A stretch of DNA of 64,000 nucleotides from Candidatus Magasanikiibacteriota bacterium. Lineage in GTDB: Bacteria > Patescibacteriota > Patescibacteriia > Magasanikbacterales > UBA922. Position numbers and translations under genes: made by a program. Location: NCBI GenBank assembly GCA_003482855.1, contig DMXO01000005.1:163719-227718 (forward strand), written 5' to 3'. Shown here piece by piece: positions 26,916 to 36,383 of this stretch. A model generated the notes under the pieces. It saw only the letters and a program-made list of their open reading frames with translations. It did no database searches and was not told where the DNA came from. How positions within the stretch are numbered: position 1 is the stretch's first letter; each line of letters starts with the position of its first letter.

Positions 26916-28217
26916 ATGGCAAAGTTTATTATCGAAGGGGGCAAGCGCCTCAGTGGTTCGGTAGATGTAAGCACATCAAAAAATTCGGCTGTTGCTCTCT
27001 TGTGCGCGTCGCTTATGATACACGGCAAGGTTACCTTGCTTGATATGCCCCGTATTGAAGAAGTTTTTCGTATTTTAGAAATTTTGGAAAGTATAGGCGT
27101 GGTGGTGGCATGGTTGGATGATCATACATTGCATCTGGATACGTCCCACCCATTGGACATGAGTACTATACATCGCAAGGCGTGTGAAGTAACACGATCT
27201 TCATTGCTTTTGCTTGGCGCGCTTGCTGCTCGTGAGAAGACATACAAAATCTATAAATCAGGTGGTTGTCGACTTGGAGAGCGCACGGTCAAGCCCCATC
27301 TATTTGCACTTGAGAAATTTGGTGTGCACGTCGTATCAAATGCAAAATACTATGAAGTAACTAATCGTACACTCAAAGCGCGTGATATTGTCATGTATGA
27401 ATCTGGTGACACACCAACAGAAAATGCAATCATGGCTGCTGTGCTTGCTCCTGGGGTCACCACGATCAAATTTGCTTCATCAAATTATATGGTGCAGGAT
27501 CTGTGTTATTTTTTGCAGGCAGCAGGCGCACATGTTGAGGGGATAGGGACAACGACACTTACTATCAAGGGTACTAAAAAGTTACATAGTGTTTCTGCGT
27601 ATCCAGTAATGCCAGATCCTATTGTCGCGATGAGTCTCATTGCACTTGGTGTCACGACGAAGTCACCCATTACCGTTAGACAATGTCCATTGGATTTTCT
27701 TGAGCTTGAATTAGAAAAATTGTCAGTCATGGGGCAACAATTTAGCCTCAAAAATAAAAGGGTGTCCAAGAATGGTAAATTTACTATCGTAGATGTCGTT
27801 TTGAAACCTTCCCATCTTGTCGCGTTACCTGACAAAGTATATGGGAGACCTTTCCCCGGACTCAATATAGACAATCTACCCTTTTTCGTTCCCATGCTTA
27901 CACAGGCAAAAGGACGGACACTTGTGCATGATTGGGTATATGAGAATCGCGCTATTTATTATCTTGAATTACAAAAATTAGGAGCTCAGATTACACTACT
28001 CGACCCCCATAGAGTATTTGTCGAGGGACCTACAAAGCTCAAGGCAAATGAACTCATGTGCCCGCCAGCTATTCGTCCAGCAGTGGCAGTGCTTATCGCT
28101 ATGCTTGCGGCAAAAGGCACATCTGTGTTGCGAAATTCTTATCCTATAGAGCGCGGATATGAAGATCTCACAAGTAAATTGATTTCTATTGGAGCTTCTA
28201 TCACTCGTGTAGAATAA
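26916..28217 (+). CDS. murA: UDP-N-acetylglucosamine 1-carboxyvinyltransferase
   Basis: EPSP-synthase-fold MurA family, full length. ATG at 26916 (MAKFIIEGG). Confidence 0.9.
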   Translation: MAKFIIEGGKRLSGSVDVSTSKNSAVALLCASLMIHGKVTLLDMPRIEEVFRILEILESIGVVVAWLDDHTLHLDTSHPLDMSTIHRKACEVTRSSLLLLGALAAREKTYKIYKSGGCRLGERTVKPHLFALEKFGVHVVSNAKYYEVTNRTLKARDIVMYESGDTPTENAIMAAVLAPGVTTIKFASSNYMVQDLCYFLQAAGAHVEGIGTTTLTIKGTKKLHSVSAYPVMPDPIVAMSLIALGVTTKSPITVRQCPLDFLELELEKLSVMGQQFSLKNKRVSKNGKFTIVDVVLKPSHLVALPDKVYGRPFPGLNIDNLPFFVPMLTQAKGRTLVHDWVYENRAIYYLELQKLGAQITLLDPHRVFVEGPTKLKANELMCPPAIRPAVAVLIAMLAAKGTSVLRNSYPIERGYEDLTSKLISIGASITRVE

Positions 28218-28223
28218 CTACAT

Positions 28224-29483
28224 ATGGAACAACAAATATATACAAGTCATCGTGCAAAAAATATAGCTTTGGTTGTTACGGGATTTTTTTTATTTGGTTT
28301 GGGTGTGGTCGTAGGTATCACACACAAAGTAAGCACAACACTATTTGATGATGAAGGAAATATACAGATCAATAAGGTAGTGGGTCTTTACAATAAAACC
28401 CATTCTTCTGAAGTTGAGTTTGAACAGTATTGGGATGTCTGGGACAAGATAAAACAAAATTATGTCAAGCAGCCAGTGGATGATGTTGCTTTGTTCTATG
28501 GTTCACTCGAAGGCCTTGTGGCAGGATTGGGTGATCCATATTCAACCTATTTTCCTCCAGCAAAGGCTCAGGAGTTTACCCGTGATTTGTCAGGGGAGTT
28601 TGAAGGAATTGGGGCCGAAATTGGATTGCGTGATGATCAATTGATTATCATAGCACCTTTGCCTGGTTCTCCTGCAGAACAAGCGGGTCTTCATACAGGT
28701 GACAAAATTATGGCAATAGACGGCCAAGATACTGTTGATATGAGCGTCGAGGAAGCAGTGCTCAAAATTAGAGGGAAGAGAGGGACAGAAGTTACCCTTG
28801 CTATTACAGACAATGGACTTGAGACATTGCATGATGTGGTGATTGTGAGAGATACGATTAGCGTGTCTAGTGTGACATGGGAGAAAAAACAAAACGATAT
28901 TGTATATCTTCGCGTGGGTTATATCAATGATAATACATGGCAGGAATTTGACAAAGCTGTCAAGGATATTTTACTTGAATCTCCCAAAGGTATTGTGCTT
29001 GATGTGAGAAATAATCCTGGTGGTTATTTGGATACCTCAGTGCGCATAGCAGCCGAATGGATTGACAAAGGTGTTATCGTGCGCGAGCGATTCAATAGTG
29101 GCAAGGAAGATACCTATGGTGCCGAAGAAGGTAAGCATAGATTTGTTGGTATACCGACCGTGGTACTTATTGATGGAGGGACTGCTTCTGGCGCAGAAAT
29201 TATTGCAGGAGCTTTGCAGGACTATGGTGTAGCGACTATCATTGGTGAGACAACATTTGGCAAAGGTTCTGTCCAGGAGTTTGAAGTGTTGTCAGATGGA
29301 TCAGCACTCAAGTTGACTGTAGCTGAATGGCTCACTCCAAAAGAGAGACAAATAAATGATGTTGGTATAACTCCTGATGAAGAAATGCAAGATATGTTCA
29401 TACAAAAGGAAGGCACAGAAGGTACTGCACCAGATGATTATATTGACAATGGGCTTGCACGCGCCATAACCATATTAGAATAA
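28224..29483 (+). CDS. Carboxy-terminal processing peptidase (S41) with PDZ domain
   Basis: PDZ (GLHTGDKIMAIDG) and S41 core (DVRNNPGGYLD), with an N-terminal TM. Confidence 0.9.
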   Translation: MEQQIYTSHRAKNIALVVTGFFLFGLGVVVGITHKVSTTLFDDEGNIQINKVVGLYNKTHSSEVEFEQYWDVWDKIKQNYVKQPVDDVALFYGSLEGLVAGLGDPYSTYFPPAKAQEFTRDLSGEFEGIGAEIGLRDDQLIIIAPLPGSPAEQAGLHTGDKIMAIDGQDTVDMSVEEAVLKIRGKRGTEVTLAITDNGLETLHDVVIVRDTISVSSVTWEKKQNDIVYLRVGYINDNTWQEFDKAVKDILLESPKGIVLDVRNNPGGYLDTSVRIAAEWIDKGVIVRERFNSGKEDTYGAEEGKHRFVGIPTVVLIDGGTASGAEIIAGALQDYGVATIIGETTFGKGSVQEFEVLSDGSALKLTVAEWLTPKERQINDVGITPDEEMQDMFIQKEGTEGTAPDDYIDNGLARAITILE

Positions 29484-29489
29484 AATAAT

Positions 29490-29837
29490 ATGATACATGG
29501 TATCGTCATACATGGTGATGGCCTCGGGCGATCATATGGATACCCGACTGCCAATCTTGATTGCATACGCAAAGATGTAAAATTTTCGAGTGGCGTATAC
29601 GCAGCTTGGGCATTTGTCAATCACAAAAAATATACATCAGCCCTTGTTATTCAGCATGACCCATGGAAAGTTGAAGTATATATTATTGGATTTGATGGAG
29701 ATTTGTATGGTAAATATGTAGAAGTTGATCCTGTGCAAAAAGTAAGTGAGTTGGAGTGGTTTGAGACGACAGAAGAAATAATCAAAAAAATAGATCAAGA
29801 TATCGTGCTTGTGAAAGAAGTACTCGCATTGAAGTGA
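29490..29837 (+). CDS. Monofunctional riboflavin kinase-like protein
   Basis: GLGRSYGYPTANL riboflavin-kinase motif, 115 aa. Confidence 0.7.
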   Translation: MIHGIVIHGDGLGRSYGYPTANLDCIRKDVKFSSGVYAAWAFVNHKKYTSALVIQHDPWKVEVYIIGFDGDLYGKYVEVDPVQKVSELEWFETTEEIIKKIDQDIVLVKEVLALK

Positions 29838-29858
29838 CAATTTTAGAGATGTGTAATC

Positions 29859-29890
29859 AAAATCACCCTATATTCTAGGGTGATTTGTTG
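29859..29890 (+). terminator. Rho-independent terminator
   Basis: aaaatcaccc-tatattcta-gggtgattt followed by gttg. Confidence 0.55.
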
Positions 29891-29977
29891 TGTGGACTTA
29901 AGGGTGTGTGATAAACACTCAGGGAAATATTGATAAGGTTTGCCTAAACATGCGGATTTTGATACAATAATCACATT

Positions 29978-30292
29978 ATGAAGCTTACCTCGCAAGAAAT
30001 TGAACATATAGCAAAATTAGCTCGTCTGGAGCTTACAGAAAAAGAAAAAACTATGTATGCCGAGCAACTCTCGGTTGTTTTGGATTACATTGAAGTATTG
30101 AACGAAGTAGATACCGAAGGAGTAGAGGAAACATGCCAGGTAACAGGGCTTGAAGATGTTGTTCGGGAGGATGTCGTGGAAGATTGTAGTAAAGAAGCAA
30201 GGGGAAAAATAATAAGTCAATTTCCGAGCGCGCATGGAAATTTATTGAAGGTGAAGGCTGTTTTTGATAACACTGATTCCACTGATTTATAA
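29978..30292 (+). CDS. gatC: Asp/Glu-tRNA amidotransferase subunit C
   Basis: ELTEKEK...VLDYIEVLNEVDTEG is typical GatC. Confidence 0.9.
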   Translation: MKLTSQEIEHIAKLARLELTEKEKTMYAEQLSVVLDYIEVLNEVDTEGVEETCQVTGLEDVVREDVVEDCSKEARGKIISQFPSAHGNLLKVKAVFDNTDSTDL

Positions 30293-30360
30293 AAGATTAC
30301 ACTGAAAGAAACATCAAATTGAATCAGTGAATTCATTCCCTAATCTGTGTAATCAGTGTT

Positions 30361-31794
30361 ATGAATATTAACGAACTAACAATTAAACAAGCCTATGATG
30401 GTCTCAAAAAGGGAGACTTTTCTTCGGTTGAGCTTACCAAGGCTTGTTTGGCTCGGATAAAAAAGCGAAACAAAGATATCAATGCATTTATTACAGTGAC
30501 CGAAGACTTGGCTTTAGAAGAAGCACAGATAGCTGATGAAATGATTGCAAATAAAAAACAAAAAATGCTCACGGGTATCCCATTTTCTGTCAAAGATGCG
30601 ATAGATGTTGCCGATGTTCGTTCTACTGCATCTGCAAAAATTTTGGATAACTATGTTCCGTCATTTGATGCTACTGTAATTAGTAATATTCGTAAGCAGG
30701 GAGCCGTGTTAGTAGGCAAGACAAATTGTGATGCGTTTGGACATGGTGCGAGTAATGAAAATAGCATGTATGGACCAGTGCGTAATCCATATGATCTTGA
30801 TCGTGTTGCAGGTGGTTCATCTGGTGGATCTGCTGCATCTGTTGCAGATCATATGTGTATTTTTTCAATTGGTGAAGATACTGGTGGATCTATCCGCCAA
30901 CCAGCGAGTTTGTGTGGTATAGCAGGGCTTCGTCCGAGTTATGGCAGGAATTCTCGTTATGGCATTATGCCCATGGCTTCTTCGCTCGATACGGTAGGAC
31001 CTATGGCAAAAACAGTAGAAGATATTGCGATTTTGGAAGAAGTCATGGCAGGAAGAGATGAAAAAGATGCGACGACAGTTGATAACGAAGTTCCTGAATA
31101 TAGTAAACAGTTAACAGCAAACAGTAAGCAAAAATTGAAAATTGGCATTCCAAAAGAATATTTTGACTTAGAAGGAATGGACGAAGAAACAAAGACTATT
31201 GTTGAAAATAAAATTAATGAAATTGCCAAATTGCCAAATTGCCAAATTGTTGAAGTGAGTTTGCCATATACGAAGTATGCCATCCCTGTTTATTATATTG
31301 TTGTACCGAGTGAAGACAGTTCAAATTTGGGTCGCATTGATGGTGTTCGTTACGGTGTACAAGCGCAAGCAGATAATCTCTATGATGTGTATGCACGATC
31401 TCGCGCGCAAGGACTTCCTGAAGAAGTGAAGCGTCGTATTATGATTGGTACCTATGCATTGTCTGCAGGTTATTATGATGCATATTATCGCAAAGCACAA
31501 AAAGTTCGTACGCTCATTAGACAGGACTTCGAGCGTGTATTTGAAGAGGTTGATTTACTTATTACGCCGACGTCTCCATTTCCTGCTTTCAAAATTGGTG
31601 AGAAAAAAGATGATGTACTCGCCATGTATTTGGCTGATGTATTTGTTGCACCAGCTAGTGTAGCTGGTTTGCCTGCAGTTTCTGTACCCGTAGGCAATAC
31701 AAAAAGTGGCCTGCCCGTAGGGTTACAAATTATAGGAAAGAGACTTGATGAAGAACATGTACTTCAATTAGGACACACTATCGAAAGACTTTGA
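30361..31794 (+). CDS. gatA: Asp/Glu-tRNA amidotransferase subunit A (amidase)
   Basis: Amidase signature GGSSGGSAA; GatA-like over its full length. Confidence 0.9.
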   Translation: MNINELTIKQAYDGLKKGDFSSVELTKACLARIKKRNKDINAFITVTEDLALEEAQIADEMIANKKQKMLTGIPFSVKDAIDVADVRSTASAKILDNYVPSFDATVISNIRKQGAVLVGKTNCDAFGHGASNENSMYGPVRNPYDLDRVAGGSSGGSAASVADHMCIFSIGEDTGGSIRQPASLCGIAGLRPSYGRNSRYGIMPMASSLDTVGPMAKTVEDIAILEEVMAGRDEKDATTVDNEVPEYSKQLTANSKQKLKIGIPKEYFDLEGMDEETKTIVENKINEIAKLPNCQIVEVSLPYTKYAIPVYYIVVPSEDSSNLGRIDGVRYGVQAQADNLYDVYARSRAQGLPEEVKRRIMIGTYALSAGYYDAYYRKAQKVRTLIRQDFERVFEEVDLLITPTSPFPAFKIGEKKDDVLAMYLADVFVAPASVAGLPAVSVPVGNTKSGLPVGLQIIGKRLDEEHVLQLGHTIERL

Positions 31795-31809
31795 TGTTAA
31801 TAGATAATT

Positions 31810-33165
31810 ATGAAAGAAGAAAAACAAAAAAAAATTCAACAAGAATCTCAAAAGGATTTTTCATATGCCTTAAATGAGTCGGGTGATTACCGTGAGTCAT
31901 GGCGTATTTTTCGTATCATGGCAGAATTTGTTGAAGGGTATCAATTTTTGTCCAAGTTGGAGCGTGAGGTCACCGTGCTTGGGTCTGCACGATTTAAAGA
32001 AGATGATTCGTATTATCAAATTGCTCGTGACCTAGGTGTACTGCTCGGGAAAAATGGATTTACCACGCTTACTGGTGGGGGACCGGGAGTCATGGAAGCG
32101 GCAAATCGAGGTGCATTTGAAGTTGGAGGAAAGTCTGTTGGTATCAATATCCAACTTCCGTTTGAACAGCGTATCAATCCCTATGTAAGAGAGTCTACAG
32201 CATTCTATTATTTTTTTACACGAAAAGTGATGCTCACATCACCTGCGAATGCATTTGTGTATTTCCCCGGTGGGTTTGGTACCATGGATGAATTTTTTGA
32301 GGTTGTTGATCTCATGGAACTTCACAAGATGGAAAGAAGTCCTATTGTTCTTGTAGGCTCAGACTATTGGAATCCACTCATATCTTTTTTGAAAGAAAAA
32401 TCATGCGCTATTGGCTCTGTACCCTCTCGAGATATAGATGACTGGCATGTAGTAGATAGTGCGCAGGAAGCATACGCATATATCAAGGATACCAAGGATC
32501 GTAAACCTGTATGTGAACTTTCTCCCTCGAGTTTCCATTGTGAGGGTCAGGTTGATTGGAAAGTATTTCGTATTATGGCAGAGCTTGTCGAGGGTTTTGA
32601 ATTTTTGACAGGTCTTGTCGAGGATGTCACTGTTTTGGGTACCAAGAGTGTACATGTAGATTCCCAATATTATGATGCAGCATACGCGCTTGGTCAGCAA
32701 CTTGCTGAAAATGGTTTTGCAACGGTCACTGGTGGTGGTCCTGGTATTATGGAAGCAGCAAACAAAGGCGCATTTGAAAATGGTGGAGATTCTATTGGCG
32801 TTAATATGAAGTTTGGATCTCGGGAGAGGGTGAATCCGTATGTGAAGCGCGCTATTGGATTCCAATTTCCGTTTACGCGCAAGCTTATCCTCACCGCACC
32901 ATCCAAAGCGTTTGTATTTTTCCCCGGAGGGTTCGGTACATTGCACCAATTATTTGAAGTGCTCACACTTATTCAGACCAAGAAGATGCAAAAAGTACCT
33001 ATTATACTCTATGGTCACGACTTTTGGGAGCCATTGCATGGTTTTATAAAAAAGATTTTTGTACACAATTTTGAGACTATCAATGACGAAGATGATGAAT
33101 TGTACGAAATTGTGGATGATGTGTCCACAGCAATGGATATTATCAAAGAATTTAGAAAGAGCTAA
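31810..33165 (+). CDS. Tandem-duplicated LOG-family (TIGR00730) protein
   Basis: Two complete LOG modules, each with GGGPGVMEA / GGGPGIMEA and PGGFGTMDE / PGGFGTLHQ motifs. Confidence 0.8.
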   Translation: MKEEKQKKIQQESQKDFSYALNESGDYRESWRIFRIMAEFVEGYQFLSKLEREVTVLGSARFKEDDSYYQIARDLGVLLGKNGFTTLTGGGPGVMEAANRGAFEVGGKSVGINIQLPFEQRINPYVRESTAFYYFFTRKVMLTSPANAFVYFPGGFGTMDEFFEVVDLMELHKMERSPIVLVGSDYWNPLISFLKEKSCAIGSVPSRDIDDWHVVDSAQEAYAYIKDTKDRKPVCELSPSSFHCEGQVDWKVFRIMAELVEGFEFLTGLVEDVTVLGTKSVHVDSQYYDAAYALGQQLAENGFATVTGGGPGIMEAANKGAFENGGDSIGVNMKFGSRERVNPYVKRAIGFQFPFTRKLILTAPSKAFVFFPGGFGTLHQLFEVLTLIQTKKMQKVPIILYGHDFWEPLHGFIKKIFVHNFETINDEDDELYEIVDDVSTAMDIIKEFRKS

Positions 33166-33325
33166 TTTTCTGGTGAATGAAAAATATTAATCAACCCTAT
33201 GTTTCTAGAGTTGATTTTTTTATTATAGTTTGATATTCTGATCATACTTTAACAAGAGGTCACAGGGAGAGTTCGCATATCCGCCCTAGGCGGACCCGCC
33301 TGGGGCGGGGTGGTCTTTCTTTTTT

Positions 33326-33589
33326 ATGAATTACTACGTTTATATTATTTATAGTGATACTCTAAGAAAAAAATATATAGGATATTCAAATGATTTAAAG
33401 AAAAGATTGGCTGAACATAATTCTGGCAAAAGTGATTTTACGTTAAAAGGAATACCTTGGAGGTTGGTCTACTATGAGGTTTTTAATTCAAAGAAAGACG
33501 CGAGAAAAGAAGAGCTATTTTTAAAGACCGGCAAAGGAAGAGAAAGAATAAAATTTTTGTTACAAGATACAATTGGAGAGTTCGCATAG
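33326..33589 (+). CDS. GIY-YIG nuclease-domain protein, small stand-alone UPF0213/YhbQ-like
   Basis: YVYIIYS...YIGYSNDLKKRLAEHNSGKS. The ORF's last five codons and stop lie inside the 5' end of tRNA-Ser. Confidence 0.8.
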   Translation: MNYYVYIIYSDTLRKKYIGYSNDLKKRLAEHNSGKSDFTLKGIPWRLVYYEVFNSKKDARKEELFLKTGKGRERIKFLLQDTIGEFA

Positions 33590-33664
33590 TGGTCTAGTGC
33601 GCCGCCTTGGAAAGGCGGTAGGCTCGAAAGGGCCTCGAGGGTTCAAATCCCTCACTCTCCGCCA
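33575..33664 (+). tRNA. tRNA-Ser (anticodon GGA), long variable arm, CCA encoded
   Basis: Cloverleaf read by eye: acceptor GGAGAGT/ACTCTCC, anticodon arm CCGCC-TTGGAAA-GGCGG, variable arm AGGC-TCGAAAGG-GCCT, T arm GAGGG-TTCAAAT-CCCTC, discriminator G, then CCA. Confidence 0.9.
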
Positions 33665-33713
33665 ATTTTGCACAAACATATAAGTCTTTAGTCATCTTGT
33701 TTTTATATATTTT

Positions 33714-34247
33714 ATGAGAACTGTGGATTCAATAGCACATATAATAGAACAAGATATTTGTAGTAGTGAAGATGTATACCATGAGTATATAGAGAGGTTG
33801 AGAGAAGGATTACTAACGCGCGATGAAAATTCACAGAATCATTTTTGTGTTTATTTTTTGCCTTATAACATACAAGTCAAAAAGGTATTCCTAGTACATC
33901 ACAAGAAATCTGGTTTGTGGTTATCGCCAGGTGGACACGTTGATAAGGGAGAAACTGTTTTTGAATCATTGAATAGAGAGATTCATGAGGAACTCGGAGT
34001 AAAAGATTTTTTTAAGGATATTCAGATACCATTTTTTTTGACTATTACTCCAATAGAAAATCAGAAACAACCATGTAAAAAACATTTTGATGTTTGGTAT
34101 CTGGTACCAACAGATGGAAAGAATTTTATTATTGACTCTCAAGAGTTTTTTGATACCAAATGGCTTACGGTAGAAGAAGCAAAAAAAATAGTAATTAATC
34201 CACAAAATATCAGTGCGTTAAAAATTTTAGAGAAAATTTTTGGTTAA
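33714..34247 (+). CDS. Nudix hydrolase
   Basis: SPGGHVDKGETVFESLNREIHEELGV. Confidence 0.8.
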   Translation: MRTVDSIAHIIEQDICSSEDVYHEYIERLREGLLTRDENSQNHFCVYFLPYNIQVKKVFLVHHKKSGLWLSPGGHVDKGETVFESLNREIHEELGVKDFFKDIQIPFFLTITPIENQKQPCKKHFDVWYLVPTDGKNFIIDSQEFFDTKWLTVEEAKKIVINPQNISALKILEKIFG

Positions 34248-34353
34248 GTATTGCTAATTTCTATCATACATATTGTTTACATACGTTATATTGACACTAA
34301 ATTTATTTCATATTACACTAAACTTAGTTTTATTTACATAATTTATTGAGTCT

Positions 34354-34770
34354 ATGACAAAAGAAGCATTTATTGCAGAACTCAACAAAGACCTAGAATG
34401 GGAATATGCTGCTGCAGTCCAATACGTACAACATGCTACAGCTATCACTGGTCCAGAGTATGATGCTATTTCCAAAGAACTGATAATTCATTCCAACGAA
34501 GAAATGGGACATGCAGTACTGATTTCCCAACTCGTCTGTGATCTTGGGGGTGTGCCTACTATCAATGTCGAGGAGAGACTTGTTTCAGAAGATTCCAAAC
34601 ACATGCTTGAACAGGATCTCGGCGGAGAAGAGCTCGCTATATCTCGCTACAAAGAGCGTATAAAACAAGCTGACGAGATGGGCGAGTATGGCGTCCGTCG
34701 CGTACTCGAAGATATTCTTATGGATGAAGAAGAACATCGTAGAGATCTTCTCAGCTCTCTTGGACGTTAA
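34354..34770 (+). CDS. Ferritin-like four-helix-bundle protein (bacterioferritin/Dps-like di-iron motifs)
   Basis: Repeated E...E-x2-H motifs: EWEYAA, EEMGHA, EEL, DEEEHRRDL. Confidence 0.5.
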   Translation: MTKEAFIAELNKDLEWEYAAAVQYVQHATAITGPEYDAISKELIIHSNEEMGHAVLISQLVCDLGGVPTINVEERLVSEDSKHMLEQDLGGEELAISRYKERIKQADEMGEYGVRRVLEDILMDEEEHRRDLLSSLGR

Positions 34771-34823
34771 ATTTTTATCATCAAAAAAGACGACCATGGT
34801 AAGGTCGTCTTTGTTTTGTTTGG

Positions 34824-35615
34824 TTATCTTTTGAATATGAGAAGTATTGATGACAATATAAGATGTAAGAATGATAACATGAGCGCATATATAAAAATTG
34901 CTATCAAAACTCCCATATATTGGGTTACTTTGAGTACATAATGGGTGATATCTACTCCGAGAGATAAGGTGATTGCATTGATCACTATTGCTACTACTAC
35001 CAGCCATGCGAATCCTTTCCACATGCCTTTTTGATCTTGTCCGCTTGGTGCCATGTGAGAACTAATAGCAAACGATACATACAAAAAAAGCCAAAAATTC
35101 CATGTAGATATATTTGTAGAAGAAAATAAATTTTTTAGAGATGATATAATTGCGTGTATAAGTCCTGATATAGTTTGTGTATTTTCTGCCAAAGGTTGAA
35201 ACACATCTTTTCCATTTGGTACAAAAAAATATAGAAATATGATGAGTACTAGAGATCCAAATATCATGGGCGCAGCTCCAATGAAAAAATTGCCAATTCG
35301 TTGGTAAAGACTCTTGGGATTGTATAGGTGATCGACATGTCCAAGGTTGCCTGACGCTTCATCTGGTCTGAAAATAGTAATATTGGTTATCTTGTGTCGG
35401 AATAGCTTGGCAAAAAAAGCGTGGCCAATTTCATGGATAGGTGTGCCAATCCATGCAGTCCAGAGGATTCCTTTCCATCCGAGCGTACGTCGGTAATTTG
35501 TATGTGTCCAATATTGGAGTTTGGAATGTACAAATCCGAGTATAAAAAAAATGCCAAGTACACCTATAATTTGGAAAAATACCGCAGTGATGAGTGTGAT
35601 GAGGTATGTTTGCAT
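34824..35615 (-). CDS. Integral-membrane zinc metallopeptidase-like protein (HEIGH motif; M50/site-2-protease-like)
   Basis: HEIGHAF lies within a TM-rich protein. Confidence 0.5.
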   Translation of the reverse strand: MQTYLITLITAVFFQIIGVLGIFFILGFVHSKLQYWTHTNYRRTLGWKGILWTAWIGTPIHEIGHAFFAKLFRHKITNITIFRPDEASGNLGHVDHLYNPKSLYQRIGNFFIGAAPMIFGSLVLIIFLYFFVPNGKDVFQPLAENTQTISGLIHAIISSLKNLFSSTNISTWNFWLFLYVSFAISSHMAPSGQDQKGMWKGFAWLVVVAIVINAITLSLGVDITHYVLKVTQYMGVLIAIFIYALMLSFLHLILSSILLIFKR

Positions 35616-35713
35616 ATAGTGAGCAATAAACAGTGAATAGATTTATTTACCGTAATATAGTATATCAGATTTAGTTGGAACTTGAAATTTTTGAGGTATT
35701 ATGATATTTTATT

Positions 35714-36370
35714 ATGTATATGGTAGAAGATATTACAATTTATGAAGTACGTGAGCCAGAAATCGCGTTCCCTATGGATCGTGATAAATTTTATGATGAA
35801 CAAATAAAAACTATCAAAAAAACCGGCAAGGCGGATAAAATTGTTGAAGTCGTTGCTGTTTTGCTGTTTAACAAAGACCGTGAAATTATTTTGCAAAAAC
35901 GTTCACATCATAAAATTCATAATCCTTTTCTTATAGATAAGGCTATTGGTGGCCATATTACCTATGGCAACTCACCAGGTTATACTGTAATGGTTGAAAC
36001 AGTACAGGAGTTGCGTGTGCCATCTATTGTACTTCGCAATGAAGGTGATTTCAAAAAGACTTATAAATTATTAGAGACGTACCTTGATAACATTGCTGTC
36101 ATTGAAGAACTCGATCATAAAATTTTTGAATTAGAAAGAGTCATTGGTGGTGAAAAGTATAGTATGCCGCACAAGGTTCATCTCTATATCGGAGTCTATG
36201 GCGGAGCTACGAAAGCTGTCGATAGAGAGGCGAGTGGTGTATTGAATTATGGCCTTGATATTTTGAAAAAAGAAATGGATGCACAACCGCAAAATTTTAC
36301 TGGGGATTTGCATTTTTATTTGAAAAGATACGAAAAGGAAATTAAAAATTTTTTACAACATTTTGACTAA
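35714..36370 (+). CDS. Nudix-fold-like protein with degenerate Nudix box, paralog 1
   Basis: GGHITYGNSPGYTVMVETVQEL keeps GG..E...EEL spacing but lacks the RE of the Nudix box. Paralogous to the next gene. Confidence 0.45.
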   Translation: MYMVEDITIYEVREPEIAFPMDRDKFYDEQIKTIKKTGKADKIVEVVAVLLFNKDREIILQKRSHHKIHNPFLIDKAIGGHITYGNSPGYTVMVETVQELRVPSIVLRNEGDFKKTYKLLETYLDNIAVIEELDHKIFELERVIGGEKYSMPHKVHLYIGVYGGATKAVDREASGVLNYGLDILKKEMDAQPQNFTGDLHFYLKRYEKEIKNFLQHFD

Positions 36371-36383
36371 TTTTGAAGAGGTT

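Noticed and set aside
32401-32966. Minus-strand ORFs of 182 and 90 aa inside the LOG gene
   Set aside because: Antisense to a well-supported two-domain LOG protein, with no motifs.
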